Shown in pieces: positions 40,231-50,475 of a stretch of DNA of 64,000 bases (position 1 is its first letter; each line of letters begins with the position of its first letter). The translations under genes and the position numbers were made by a program. This stretch comes from Promethearchaeota archaeon (GTDB lineage: Archaea > Asgardarchaeota > Lokiarchaeia > Sigyniarchaeales > SOKP01): NCBI GenBank assembly GCA_030603385.1, contig JAUVXW010000009.1:1-64000 (forward strand), written 5' to 3'. Under the pieces are notes generated by a model that was given only the letters and a program-made list of their open reading frames with translations, did no database searches and was not told the origin of the DNA.

Positions 40231-40851
40231 TTAGTCTTCATTCATTTTCATAATTCTTTTAATAAAGTTCTTAGCCGATGGAGAAATACGTTTATTTTTA
40301 ACATAATTATTCCAATCTTCATTAAAAATATGATTATCCTTTAATTCCCTTAGTGTCCTATTTGCTACTGTAAACCAATAATCAATATCAATAAGAGGAG
40401 CATCATTATCTATTCCAGGGCAATACTTTTTAGCTTTCTCTGTATATATTACACCGATTTTTTCTTTAGTAATAATATCTTCATTATTAGATTGAATAAA
40501 TGAAAAAGGAAATGACCTACAAAGCATAGGCCTTAAGCTATAAATTAAGCATTTCTTATTTTTTTTTTCATAAAAGCAACACTCACCTTTATTAGTTTTC
40601 ATAAGCCCAATGAAGGCTAAACCTTTTTCAGTTTCTATTGGTGAAATTACCATTTTCTTTAGGATGATATTATTTAATGCTTTATCATAAACGTAAAATC
40701 CGAAAATTTCAAGTGATTCTTTTAACTCTATTTTTAAACCCTTAATTATCCTCGATATATCTAAGTAAGTCACATTTACAAGTGTATTTCTATCTGTACA
40801 ACAATTTCCACACCTAATACAGAAAAATTTCAAATCTTTCGGATTTAGCAT
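40231..40851 (-). CDS. YkgJ-family cysteine-cluster protein
   Basis: CIRCGNCC, CCFY...CLIY..RP..CRSFPF, CPG. Confidence 0.85.
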   Translation of the reverse strand: MLNPKDLKFFCIRCGNCCTDRNTLVNVTYLDISRIIKGLKIELKESLEIFGFYVYDKALNNIILKKMVISPIETEKGLAFIGLMKTNKGECCFYEKKNKKCLIYSLRPMLCRSFPFSFIQSNNEDIITKEKIGVIYTEKAKKYCPGIDNDAPLIDIDYWFTVANRTLRELKDNHIFNEDWNNYVKNKRISPSAKNFIKRIMKMNED

Positions 40852-40898
40852 TAAAATAAAAAAAAGAATTTTAAAATTTGAATTTTTTTATAATAAAT

Positions 40899-43800
40899 TT
40901 AAGGATTAATCGGTATAATCAATTTTCGCTCTATCAACGTTTCAATGGCTACAATTATGAGATCCTTATTATCTTCACTAACCAATTCAATTACGTCATT
41001 TAAATTAACAATATTATTGTTTCTTTTTGATGCTGATTGGATTACATTTAATGTGCGGATCTCTAGTTTGTCTAAGTTTTTCTCTTTTCGCAATTTAAGA
41101 AGATCGATCTTTCCAGATAATCTGAAAGAGCCTTTATAGTGTAATTCAAAGTACTCGTTTATTATTGTAGGGACTAATTCTTCAAACAGGTCTAAGGAAC
41201 CATCCCAATTTTCTAATTCTATAGATAATTTTAGATTTAAGGCTAAAACCAAATTAGATACTTGACTTTTTAACCTTTCAGAAGACTTTTCTCTTAGGAT
41301 AAATACAGCTCTTACATCATCTTTATCTGCGATTAAACAGTAGAAATACTTGAAATCCAACTCAATAATCTTCTCAATACCATAGCTCTTTGTAGATTTC
41401 TTTGATTCTACGGAACTTATTTCTTGTTCAGAAAACTCTTCTCCAACAGTTGTTATTGCTTGAATAAATCCTGAGAATAATTCCTTCTTGTGTTTTTCTA
41501 AAATCGAATAGCTCTGCGAATAAATAGGTATCCCGCTCAATTTATGTATTATTACAATAGCCTGAATATTTTTGAGGTCCTTAAATCTTTGTGTTTTTGC
41601 TAACAATTCTGCTTCTTTCTTCCTCTTTCTTGGTAGAATTACATAAGACCTTAAACTTAATATTCCTAAAGCACTAACTATGCTTATTAATACACCTATA
41701 ATTATCCATAACAACAGGCCTGGGAATTCATTTCCACCAACAACAGGTTCACCGATTACAACAATAAATGAGTATATAGTTGATTTGTAGATTGAACCAT
41801 TAGGTGTAATTATTAAATCAAATTTATAATTACCTTCTAATCCTTCTGGCAATTTTATATCTACTTCATAAGTTCCAGGAGCGGTCTGATTGATAGTGCC
41901 TATACCATAATCCCATGTATATTTTATAGTCGCGTCTTCGATGATATTTAGTGTTTTATTATCTAGTAATTGAATTTGAATATTTATTGTTTCTCCTACT
42001 TCAGCATTTATTGTGTCTTCAAAACTAATTGGATCTACCTTTATTTCAATCTGATCTATCAAAAGTTGAAAACTGAAAGTTGCATTTTTATAATTAGGAT
42101 GTTCAAATTGAAGGTAAACTAAATTAAACCATAAAGAAAAATCCTCCTGTGAACATATAATTGTTGTATTATACCAGAAATTGGGGTTTATTGTCAAATT
42201 CTTTTGGAAAGCACCGCTTATACAAGTTATTACACCCCCGGTTAAATATTCTGCGTCTATATTTGAGAGTGCCCTTACTGATATATTAAGCTCTTCGTTG
42301 AAAACTGTTCCTAATAATGCATTTTCATTAATTTGTTGAGAATTGATATAAGCTAATAAATTTACAGATTGTTTTATCATCTCAAATTCATAAATATAAT
42401 ATTGAGGTTCGTAAGCTACTGCAGAAAAATTAATCCTCAACTGATAACTACCAATATCGTCAATAAAAAGGGTACTAAATTCTATTTCATATACACCGTT
42501 TCCAGGATTTTTAATTGTATATAAAGATTCATTACTGATGCTGACATTGACTAATGCTCCATCAATCCCATCGCCGTCATAATCTGAAAACTTAAATCTT
42601 ATAGTACTATTAGCATGTAATTCGATCTCATTATCTGATTCAAGAACTTGTATATTTGTTTCTTCACCTAAGTTAATTTCTAATGTAATATTACTCGTAA
42701 TAAATCCAATTTTTGAAGAATTAATAATTATATTATGCAATCCTCGTGATATTAAGTCCCCAGTAAATAACGTTGTTTCATAAATACCTAATCCTGAATC
42801 TGTAAAATAACGAGTCCCATCAGACCAGTTATAAGATACAATCGCATTGGGTATTGTAAAATTATTTTCAAAATCTTTTAAGAGAATCCTTACTGGAATA
42901 ATATCACCGACAAATCCCTCAGTTCTTAAGTCTAACTCTGCGTCATCTGGTTTTAATAAAGTTAGTGAAGTCTGATGGTTTACAATAAGGTCGGATTTAA
43001 CTCCACCAATGGCAGTTCCATTACTCCAAAATATCGTATAATTATATTGACCTCCTATTGAATTCAAGGCTGTGAACGTGATCTCAGAAAATAATACAGT
43101 TCCATTAGAAAGAGGATTTATAGCTTCTTCAAACCAAATTGAACCAGTTGGGTCATAGATGGTTAAATTTACCATAGTTAAAGCTAAATTTGGAGGAATT
43201 TCATTACTATTATTAATTTGGGTTCTAATTTTGGTAGATTCACCTGTAACAAATGATGATTCTACCCATTGACCTTGTTTAAACATTTTAGTGTTTGAAC
43301 TGTTAAGGTAATTAGGTGATGTTGCTACGAATGACCACCAACCAGGAAATATCGCGAATGTAGTATTGATTGTTAAATAAGTTTCCCCATTACTCCCACC
43401 CTCATAAGAAACTGATTGTAATGTAGGATCTAAAACTGAAGTAATTTCCCCGTTTGTCGGCTTAGTAATTGTAAATTCAAAATCAGTATATTGAGATGGC
43501 ATATAAAAATTATGAGTAAACTCCCAATAAACTGATCCATTTTCCAAAATTGTATAACTGATCCCTTCTTGAACTGTTTGTCCAATTTTAGTTGTTGTAT
43601 CATGATACCCATACAAGAACGTATCTAATTCAAATTCTAAAGATGGAGATGCTGTTTGGATAGTTAAAACTACAGGATTATATTCCCATTTTCCAGTAAA
43701 ATTTCGAGAAGAATGCCCCCATTGATTCCCATCAGAAAGGATTTCACTGTTTATAGTAAGGTTTATATCACTTTGGGTTGAATTAGCAAGTGTCGTCAGT

Positions 43801-45068
43801 TCTAAAGAGACGTTATCAAACCTGAAAATTTGTTGAAATTGATCCTCAAAACCACTATACGTAATCGAAGCACCACTCATTATGCCAATTGAAATATTAA
43901 ACTCATTATTATTTTTAATATTTTCAAAAATATTTGAGGTATTTAACCATAAATCCATATTTATCTTTCCAGTATGGTGCCATGTTTGCCTCCCTGCGTC
44001 TGCAACATCTCCGATACCTTTTGAATATACTTTTTTATTATTAATTTCACAATATATAAAATTTTCATTAGAATCCATAGCAAATTCAGCGTAATAATCG
44101 AAACTAATATAAGCATCAATAACAGCACCTCTGGGGATGGTTATATTTTGATATAATTCTACAAAATCTCCTTCATAATAAACCGTATCATATTGTGGTA
44201 GGTCAGGGGAGATTTCTGAATATAATGCCACAAACATACTATCTGCACCCCCAACATTACCCGCTCCATAATTAGTCATTGTAGAAGAATTTGCATTAAA
44301 TCCCCATGATGGTGAATTCACATAGAAGTTAGAGCTCGTATTAATAAACTCATAATAGTCGATTTTATATCCCCAATACTCGTATAAACCGTCTGATTCA
44401 AAGTAGAAATTTAATTCACTTCCCCAAATCCAAGGTGAATAATAGTCAGATTTAAATCCTGTTTCAGTATAGATTATTGTATTATTTTCATTTTCAATAA
44501 AGAAATAATCCCAACTATCCTCAAATTCTAACCGCGTAAAATGAACTCTCATCGCTATTGTTCCAGGATTCGCAGTAATTGAGTCTAGAGTCTGAGGTCG
44601 ACCTCTATTTGGCTGATAATCATGAGGACTTTCTTTACCTGAAACATTTAATCTATAAATGGTAATTGGTAAAAAATCGCTATTATTAACCCACTCCCTA
44701 GTATCTTGTATACTTCGTATTGAATTCTGAATTTCTGAAACTTTCCAATCATGGACTTCATCTAAATAATATGTTAAATTCACTTCTTCCAGATTTGATG
44801 CTGAGATATCTTGATTAAATTTATAAAGATTTCCAGTATCAGTAATATTCAAAGATGGTTCTAATCCTTGGAACAAGATAGCACCACCATTAGCGCCGTT
44901 TAATTCATGTTTAAATATCTTCTTATCATTAATATAATCGTTATCATCAGAGTGGAAGGTTATATTTAAAATAGAATTAAAAAATAACAGTGAAACCAAT
45001 ATCATTGAAATAATAGACAGACAATTTATTTTCTTCTTCATTGAAGAAATCTTTTTATTACATTTCAT
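40899..45068 (-). CDS. Large single-pass receptor-like protein: extracellular CUB-like/Ig-like region, TM, cytoplasmic longin-like + wHTH
   Basis: N-terminal signal/TM; MRVHFTRLEFE..WDY (CUB-like); many N-x-S/T sequons; TM LLLWIIIGVLISIV; IQAIVIIHKLSGIPIY...LFSGFIQAI (longin-like). Confidence 0.75.
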   Translation of the reverse strand: MKCNKKISSMKKKINCLSIISMILVSLLFFNSILNITFHSDDNDYINDKKIFKHELNGANGGAILFQGLEPSLNITDTGNLYKFNQDISASNLEEVNLTYYLDEVHDWKVSEIQNSIRSIQDTREWVNNSDFLPITIYRLNVSGKESPHDYQPNRGRPQTLDSITANPGTIAMRVHFTRLEFEDSWDYFFIENENNTIIYTETGFKSDYYSPWIWGSELNFYFESDGLYEYWGYKIDYYEFINTSSNFYVNSPSWGFNANSSTMTNYGAGNVGGADSMFVALYSEISPDLPQYDTVYYEGDFVELYQNITIPRGAVIDAYISFDYYAEFAMDSNENFIYCEINNKKVYSKGIGDVADAGRQTWHHTGKINMDLWLNTSNIFENIKNNNEFNISIGIMSGASITYSGFEDQFQQIFRFDNVSLELTTLANSTQSDINLTINSEILSDGNQWGHSSRNFTGKWEYNPVVLTIQTASPSLEFELDTFLYGYHDTTTKIGQTVQEGISYTILENGSVYWEFTHNFYMPSQYTDFEFTITKPTNGEITSVLDPTLQSVSYEGGSNGETYLTINTTFAIFPGWWSFVATSPNYLNSSNTKMFKQGQWVESSFVTGESTKIRTQINNSNEIPPNLALTMVNLTIYDPTGSIWFEEAINPLSNGTVLFSEITFTALNSIGGQYNYTIFWSNGTAIGGVKSDLIVNHQTSLTLLKPDDAELDLRTEGFVGDIIPVRILLKDFENNFTIPNAIVSYNWSDGTRYFTDSGLGIYETTLFTGDLISRGLHNIIINSSKIGFITSNITLEINLGEETNIQVLESDNEIELHANSTIRFKFSDYDGDGIDGALVNVSISNESLYTIKNPGNGVYEIEFSTLFIDDIGSYQLRINFSAVAYEPQYYIYEFEMIKQSVNLLAYINSQQINENALLGTVFNEELNISVRALSNIDAEYLTGGVITCISGAFQKNLTINPNFWYNTTIICSQEDFSLWFNLVYLQFEHPNYKNATFSFQLLIDQIEIKVDPISFEDTINAEVGETINIQIQLLDNKTLNIIEDATIKYTWDYGIGTINQTAPGTYEVDIKLPEGLEGNYKFDLIITPNGSIYKSTIYSFIVVIGEPVVGGNEFPGLLLWIIIGVLISIVSALGILSLRSYVILPRKRKKEAELLAKTQRFKDLKNIQAIVIIHKLSGIPIYSQSYSILEKHKKELFSGFIQAITTVGEEFSEQEISSVESKKSTKSYGIEKIIELDFKYFYCLIADKDDVRAVFILREKSSERLKSQVSNLVLALNLKLSIELENWDGSLDLFEELVPTIINEYFELHYKGSFRLSGKIDLLKLRKEKNLDKLEIRTLNVIQSASKRNNNIVNLNDVIELVSEDNKDLIIVAIETLIERKLIIPINP

Positions 45069-45178
45069 TTAGTTCCCCTTTAATAAAAGAAGTTAACCTA
45101 TATTCCTATGTAATAAAAATGAAATTTCATAAATTTAAATAATTGTTTTGGCCAAAATTTTAAAATTGGTCTGGAATC

Positions 45179-45493
45179 TTAGTTAGGTAAAAATTCTTCC
45201 TTTAAATCCGCAATTAAAGATTTTCTATCTTTAACAGATATACGATTAATATTAACTCCACGATTATTATAAGTATCGGGAGGTATATCTTCAAATAAAG
45301 ACAACATTAAAATAATAGAATTAGTAACTAAGACTCGGTTTTTTGCTTTATCTAATAATTTCATCAATTCTATTAAGGAATGATCTTTCCAAATCTCAGT
45401 TTTTTCCCTATTTACTTTTTCGTTTTGAAAATAGTCAAGAATTTTCAAATAACAATCTAATTCAAAATCTTCGGTATTCTTGTTAATTTTCAT
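45179..45493 (-). CDS. Hypothetical protein
   Basis: 104-aa ORF filling the gap; plausible composition. Confidence 0.65.
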   Translation of the reverse strand: MKINKNTEDFELDCYLKILDYFQNEKVNREKTEIWKDHSLIELMKLLDKAKNRVLVTNSIILMLSLFEDIPPDTYNNRGVNINRISVKDRKSLIADLKEEFLPN

Positions 45494-45814
45494 CTTTTTT
45501 TAGTAAGCACTTCGATTCTATTTATTTAAACTTAAAACTTATTTTTAAGTCAGTTTATTTTATCACATTTTTGTTATAGTATTCCGTACAATTTTGCTTT
45601 TTCCTAAGTTAACTACTACTAATAACCCCGTACAGCTATATTTTTATAGAGTATAATTTGTGTGTAAAAATCTTTTAGTATTTAGATAATAAATTTTTGT
45701 GCCTTTTTATTTTCTAATATAATATATAGATATCACTAAATTTTGGAAAATGAAATTTAGACTTATTTTATTAAAGAATTTAAAATAAAAACTATGCTAA
45801 ATTCTTAAGAAAAA

Positions 45815-46441
45815 ATGCAAGATTTATTCGAGGTTATAAACAATCTTAAGAAGAGTGAAGTTAGTAAATTAGTAGAACGCAGAATTAATGAATTTAAAGA
45901 AATTAGAAGCAAATTTCATGATAAAATATTTGGAGAACTTAGTTTTTGTGTTATGACAGCAAACTGCAGTGCAGAGAAATGTATTGAAGTTCAAAAGTTA
46001 GTAGGTGCTGGATTCCATAATTTACCTGAAGTGAAATTAGCTCAAAAATTAAGATTAAATGGCTATAGGTTTCCTAATATTAGAGCGAAATATATTGTAC
46101 AAGCAAGAGAATTACAAGGAGAATTAAAAAGCAATATTAAAACCTATAAAGATCTCCATAAGTTAAGAGAGTGGATTGTAAAAAATATTAAAGGATTAGG
46201 ATATAAAGAAGCTAGCCATTTTCTAAGGAATATAGGTTTTACGGATTATGCGATAATAGATTTTCATATTTTAGATCTTCTAACGAAATTTAACCTAATT
46301 GAAAAGCCGAAAACTTTAACAAAAACAAAATATCTTGAAATAGAGGAATTATTAGAAAAAATCTCAGAAGGATTAAACTTAAATCTTGCTGAACTTGACC
46401 TTTATATGTGGTATATGGAGACTGGAAAGATCCTTAAATAA
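45815..46441 (+). CDS. ogg: 8-oxoguanine DNA glycosylase/AP lyase (archaeal Ogg)
   Basis: ELSFCVMTAN, RFPN.RA, KGLGYKEASHFLRNIG, IIDFH, LDLYMWY..TGKILK. Confidence 0.93.
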   Translation: MQDLFEVINNLKKSEVSKLVERRINEFKEIRSKFHDKIFGELSFCVMTANCSAEKCIEVQKLVGAGFHNLPEVKLAQKLRLNGYRFPNIRAKYIVQARELQGELKSNIKTYKDLHKLREWIVKNIKGLGYKEASHFLRNIGFTDYAIIDFHILDLLTKFNLIEKPKTLTKTKYLEIEELLEKISEGLNLNLAELDLYMWYMETGKILK

Positions 46442-46468
46442 AAATCCTAATTTTAATGGGATATGATT

Positions 46469-46624
46469 TTTAGGGTGGGGTGTATATAGAATTAATCTTT
46501 TTTTGGAATAACGGTTGTTTTCCTGTCTTGTGTATCACGTGTACTTCTGTTAAGGCTAATGAAATCATTTTCCTTTATTGTACAGTGAATATACATGTTA
46601 GTCTATATATCACCCCATTTTAAA
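46469..46624 (+). ncRNA. Candidate structured RNA (long closing stem, three-way junction)
   Basis: Extensive pairing including G-U pairs that work only on the + strand (see findings). Confidence 0.4.
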
Positions 46625-46702
46625 GAGGAATGATGAATTACAACTTCACAGAAATAATAAGACAAAAGTGTATATAAAGCTTTTGATTATTTTTATTACT
46701 TT

Positions 46703-46993
46703 TTATGAAACTATAGGAGGCTTTAACTCTCTTTTTTTCTTTTTTTTACTGATAATACCATGTTTCCTTTCTTTCTGTTTAGTATAAATTCCAATAAAAA
46801 TTAGAAATATTGAAAATCCTAAATAAGAAATACAAACTGTGAGTCCAATGTAGAAATTTGTAACGTCTCTAATTCCATAAATTAATGTTGAAAAAATTAT
46901 ACCAATTAATGCCAAAATTGAGTTAACGATACCGCAAATTATGTCAAAATAAAGACCCTTTCTTTCCTCTGTAGCTTTATCTTTACGAACCAA
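46703..46993 (-). CDS. Small 2-TM membrane protein
   Basis: Two hydrophobic helices and a basic tail. Confidence 0.65.
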   Translation of the reverse strand: MVRKDKATEERKGLYFDIICGIVNSILALIGIIFSTLIYGIRDVTNFYIGLTVCISYLGFSIFLIFIGIYTKQKERKHGIISKKKKKRELKPPIVS

Positions 46994-47026
46994 TACTGTA
47001 TTTGATTATTTAATTATTCAATTTGA

Positions 47027-48211
47027 TTATTTAATAAAGTTTTCGAGTTTATTATACACAGTTTCTAAAATTTTTAAATTAGGTAAGAATGTAAATCTAA
47101 CATGACCTCTTCCATATTCACCAAATCCAGAGCCATAAACAGTACAAATTCCTGTTGTTTCAAGTAAATCTATGACAAACTCCTTATCATCCTTCCATTT
47201 TCCTAATTCAGTAAAATCAAATTTTGGGAAGAGGTAAAATGCACCGTTAGCTTTGACACAAGTAATCCCTTCAATTTTTCTTAATCTTTCATATGAATAA
47301 TCTCTTCTCTCCTTTAATTTTCCAACCATTTCTTTTGTATGTGTTCCAGGGTTTTTTAAAATTTCAATAGCAGCATATTGAGCAATTGAACTTGCGGATA
47401 ATCTTGCTCTTGCCATTTTTGCAATACCCTCTTTTAATTCATCTAATTTATTTTCGGGATCATGATAGTACATATATCCTAAACGCCACCCTGTCGCAAG
47501 ATGAGTTTTTGAGAAACCATTCAATCCAATTACTGGAACATCCTTACTAAGACTTGCAGGACACGTGAAAGGTTTTTCATAGATGATTTGATCATAAATC
47601 TCGTCTGATAAAATAGGTATGTCATATTCCCCAGCAATATCTATTATTTGCTTTATCATTTTTTCACTGAACATTACACCAGTAGGATTATTAGGAGAAC
47701 AAATTAAGATTGCTTGAGTTCTTTCATTAATTTTTTTCCTTAAATCATCAATATCGGGTTCCCAATCATTAGATTCATCTAATCCATATTCTACAGGAAT
47801 TCCATCAAAAAAATTAGCATAATTTATATATAATGGATAACTTGGTCCAGGAATTAATAGCTCCTTCTTATTCTCTATCATTGCAGCTATGAGAAAAAAA
47901 ATAGCTTCAGTTACCCCTGTAGTAACCAAAATATCATTTGAGTTTATATTAAGGTTATAATTTTGAGTTAAAGACTTACTTAATTCCTCTCTAAGTTCTG
48001 GAGCACCTAATGAATCAACATAAAAATTTTTGCCTCCAAAAGAAGCATCTGCTAATGCTTGGGATATATACCGAGGCGTATTAAAATCAAATATTACAGG
48101 GTCTCCAATATTTAAATGATATATTTTCTTCCCGCTTTTAGCAACTTTATTAGCAACCGCAGCTATTTCGCGTATTGCATAGGAAATTTCTTTAATTCTT
48201 TGGGCAACCAT
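47027..48211 (-). CDS. Class I/II aminotransferase (alanine aminotransferase-like)
   Basis: LNIGDP, SPNNPTG, SDEIYD, NGFSKTHLATGWRLG, GAFY. Confidence 0.9.
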   Translation of the reverse strand: MVAQRIKEISYAIREIAAVANKVAKSGKKIYHLNIGDPVIFDFNTPRYISQALADASFGGKNFYVDSLGAPELREELSKSLTQNYNLNINSNDILVTTGVTEAIFFLIAAMIENKKELLIPGPSYPLYINYANFFDGIPVEYGLDESNDWEPDIDDLRKKINERTQAILICSPNNPTGVMFSEKMIKQIIDIAGEYDIPILSDEIYDQIIYEKPFTCPASLSKDVPVIGLNGFSKTHLATGWRLGYMYYHDPENKLDELKEGIAKMARARLSASSIAQYAAIEILKNPGTHTKEMVGKLKERRDYSYERLRKIEGITCVKANGAFYLFPKFDFTELGKWKDDKEFVIDLLETTGICTVYGSGFGEYGRGHVRFTFLPNLKILETVYNKLENFIK

Positions 48212-48463
48212 AATTATTCACACGTTCTTGAAGATATAATAGTGAAAAATATATTTAGTAATTATTCAACAAAATTTAATAATTTTTTTTTAGTTGCAAG
48301 ATTAGCCCAAATCACGAAATCTTTTAATTTCGTATAATAGATACGATTAAAATTTGACAAAATTATCATATAAATTTATATATTATATTGATAAAGATAT
48401 TATTATAATATCTAAATAAAAATCCTACTACACAAATAATTAAATTATAAAGAGGAAAATAAA

Positions 48464-48670
48464 ATGATTTTTCAAGATTATGGGTTAGCAGCTGGTGTAT
48501 TGATGTTTATCCTTATACTTTCTGTTGTATTTCTTATTATTGGTATTGCATTAGCAGTTTGGGTTTATAAGGATGCAAAGAAGAGAGATATGAATGCTGC
48601 CGTATGGTTATTAATTGTGCTCCTGACTGGATGTTGTGGATGTGTAATTTATTTAATTGTCAGAGATTAA
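48464..48670 (+). CDS. Small membrane protein (PLDc_N-like)
   Basis: WVYKDAKKR...W......G...YLIVR; GAGG SD. Confidence 0.72.
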   Translation: MIFQDYGLAAGVLMFILILSVVFLIIGIALAVWVYKDAKKRDMNAAVWLLIVLLTGCCGCVIYLIVRD

Positions 48671-48729
48671 ATATAACTAAAACTATTTTTTTTTTCTAAT
48701 TCAATATCAACAAGGGCAATGATTCAAAA

Positions 48730-49302
48730 ATGAAGTTATCTCGAATATTACTTTTTTTCTCAGATATAAAACCAATATTATTGTCACACCATCCAAATTG
48801 CACTGCATTTTCTAATCATGTGTATAACCTTGGAAGATTCAAATTATGTATTGGGTGTTTCACTTTTTATCCCACAATTGTAGTAACTATTCTATTCATT
48901 TTAACATTCTTTAATCTAACATTAATTAACCTTTTTGTTATGTTTTTTATCTCTTTTGTGTTTTTCATACCCATCGTCTTAAACATTTTTGGATTGACCA
49001 AATATAAGTTGCTAAAAATTCTTACAAAAATTTCAATTGGAATAGGAACAGGTTTGTTAATAGTCTCGACAGTTTGTCTTCCAATTTTCCTTTTCATAAA
49101 GATTTCAATCTTAATTGATATTCATTTTATTACTGGGGCAATTGCATATATAAGAGCAAAGCATATCAAGGAAAGATGCTTAGATTGTGAATTTGAGGGT
49201 AATTGGGATCGCTGTCATGCTATGAAGCCCATAATGGACAAATTATATGAACATAATTTTAAGAGAAAGAAAAAATCAGTTAATGATGATTTAAAAGAGT
49301 AA
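48730..49302 (+). CDS. Cys/His-containing membrane protein (DUF2085-like)
   Basis: SHHPNC...CIGC, 4 TM, C-terminal CLDC...C. Confidence 0.6.
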   Translation: MKLSRILLFFSDIKPILLSHHPNCTAFSNHVYNLGRFKLCIGCFTFYPTIVVTILFILTFFNLTLINLFVMFFISFVFFIPIVLNIFGLTKYKLLKILTKISIGIGTGLLIVSTVCLPIFLFIKISILIDIHFITGAIAYIRAKHIKERCLDCEFEGNWDRCHAMKPIMDKLYEHNFKRKKKSVNDDLKE

Positions 49303-49351
49303 GAGTATTCCTTTTAAAATTAATAAAAATAAATAAGAAACACGTTTTAGG

Positions 49352-50413
49352 TTATAATAATAAATTCCAATCAATTTCTTTTTCGATCAAGGCTAAAACT
49401 TTATCCGTCTCATCTTCTTGAATACCTGGTCTCAAACGTTCTAAATTTCTCATAGTCGTATATGTGTCTGATGGACTTAAAATTATCGGGATATTTTTGT
49501 CATTCGCAGCAGTAATTACACCCATATCAGGTTGAATGAATCCTGTTAATATTAATGTTGAGACATCTTGATCTAATGCAGCCATTGCTAAGTCTGTCCG
49601 ATCACCACCTGTAATAAATGCTGCCCGTTTAACCTGTCTTAAATATTTTAATGCAGATTGTGCATTCATAGCACCTATGAGGAATTTTTCTACGAGATTA
49701 TCTAATCCTGACGTTGCTGATTCATTTATTAATTCTCCTCCAATTTGCTCTTTAATCTCGTTTACGCGAGGAGAAAATAATTCAACACTCTTTTCTATTA
49801 TACCCAAAATAGGGATATTATATTTAGTTATATGACCATCTGAAAGCTCTTTGATTCGTGCAATATATTCAAAATCTATTTTATTGAAAAGAATTCCTAA
49901 AATGCTTATTTTTCGAAAATCAAAATATTTTTTCGTAAAAAAGAAGTCGTCTATACATCGATCTGAGGATTCTGTTGAAATATAAATTAATTCTTTTATT
50001 CCTAAGTTCTCTGCAATGCTTACATCATCAATACCTAATCTAACGAATTTTCTTATGCTAGGATTTCCTTCAATTACAATGTAATCCACATCTTTAGCGA
50101 TTTTGTCATAAGCATTCTTAATCTTTGCTAAGTATTCTTCTTTTTTGCTTGCATCAACTAAATCAATATAATATGCATCCGGAATTGAGGTTGGAGAAAT
50201 GTAGTCATATGGATATTCTGTTTTATAGACAGTATTTAGGATGAACCCAACATCAGGGTCCGCTTTATTGGTAAATGCTGCTTTTGGCACCCCAATTGGT
50301 TTAAAATAGGCAAACTTCTTCCCTTCTTTTTTTAACTTTTGGATAAAACCAATTGAAAGAAAACTTTTCCCAGCATGTTCTTTTAATGAACAAAAATAAA
50401 ATGTTTTTATCAT
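49352..50413 (-). CDS. Phosphotransacetylase N-terminal-like (BioD-like + DRTGG) protein
   Basis: GKS, YFKPIG, IGAM, ITGGDRTD, LILTG. Confidence 0.87.
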   Translation of the reverse strand: MIKTFYFCSLKEHAGKSFLSIGFIQKLKKEGKKFAYFKPIGVPKAAFTNKADPDVGFILNTVYKTEYPYDYISPTSIPDAYYIDLVDASKKEEYLAKIKNAYDKIAKDVDYIVIEGNPSIRKFVRLGIDDVSIAENLGIKELIYISTESSDRCIDDFFFTKKYFDFRKISILGILFNKIDFEYIARIKELSDGHITKYNIPILGIIEKSVELFSPRVNEIKEQIGGELINESATSGLDNLVEKFLIGAMNAQSALKYLRQVKRAAFITGGDRTDLAMAALDQDVSTLILTGFIQPDMGVITAANDKNIPIILSPSDTYTTMRNLERLRPGIQEDETDKVLALIEKEIDWNLLL

Positions 50414-50475
50414 TTTCTTCCCTTATCTTAACTTTTTACTTTCTATTTTATTTTAATTTACTTAATAATAATTAT

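Noticed and set aside
46630-46686. ATGATGA as the C box of a C/D sRNA
   Set aside because: No properly placed CTGA D box or terminal stem found.
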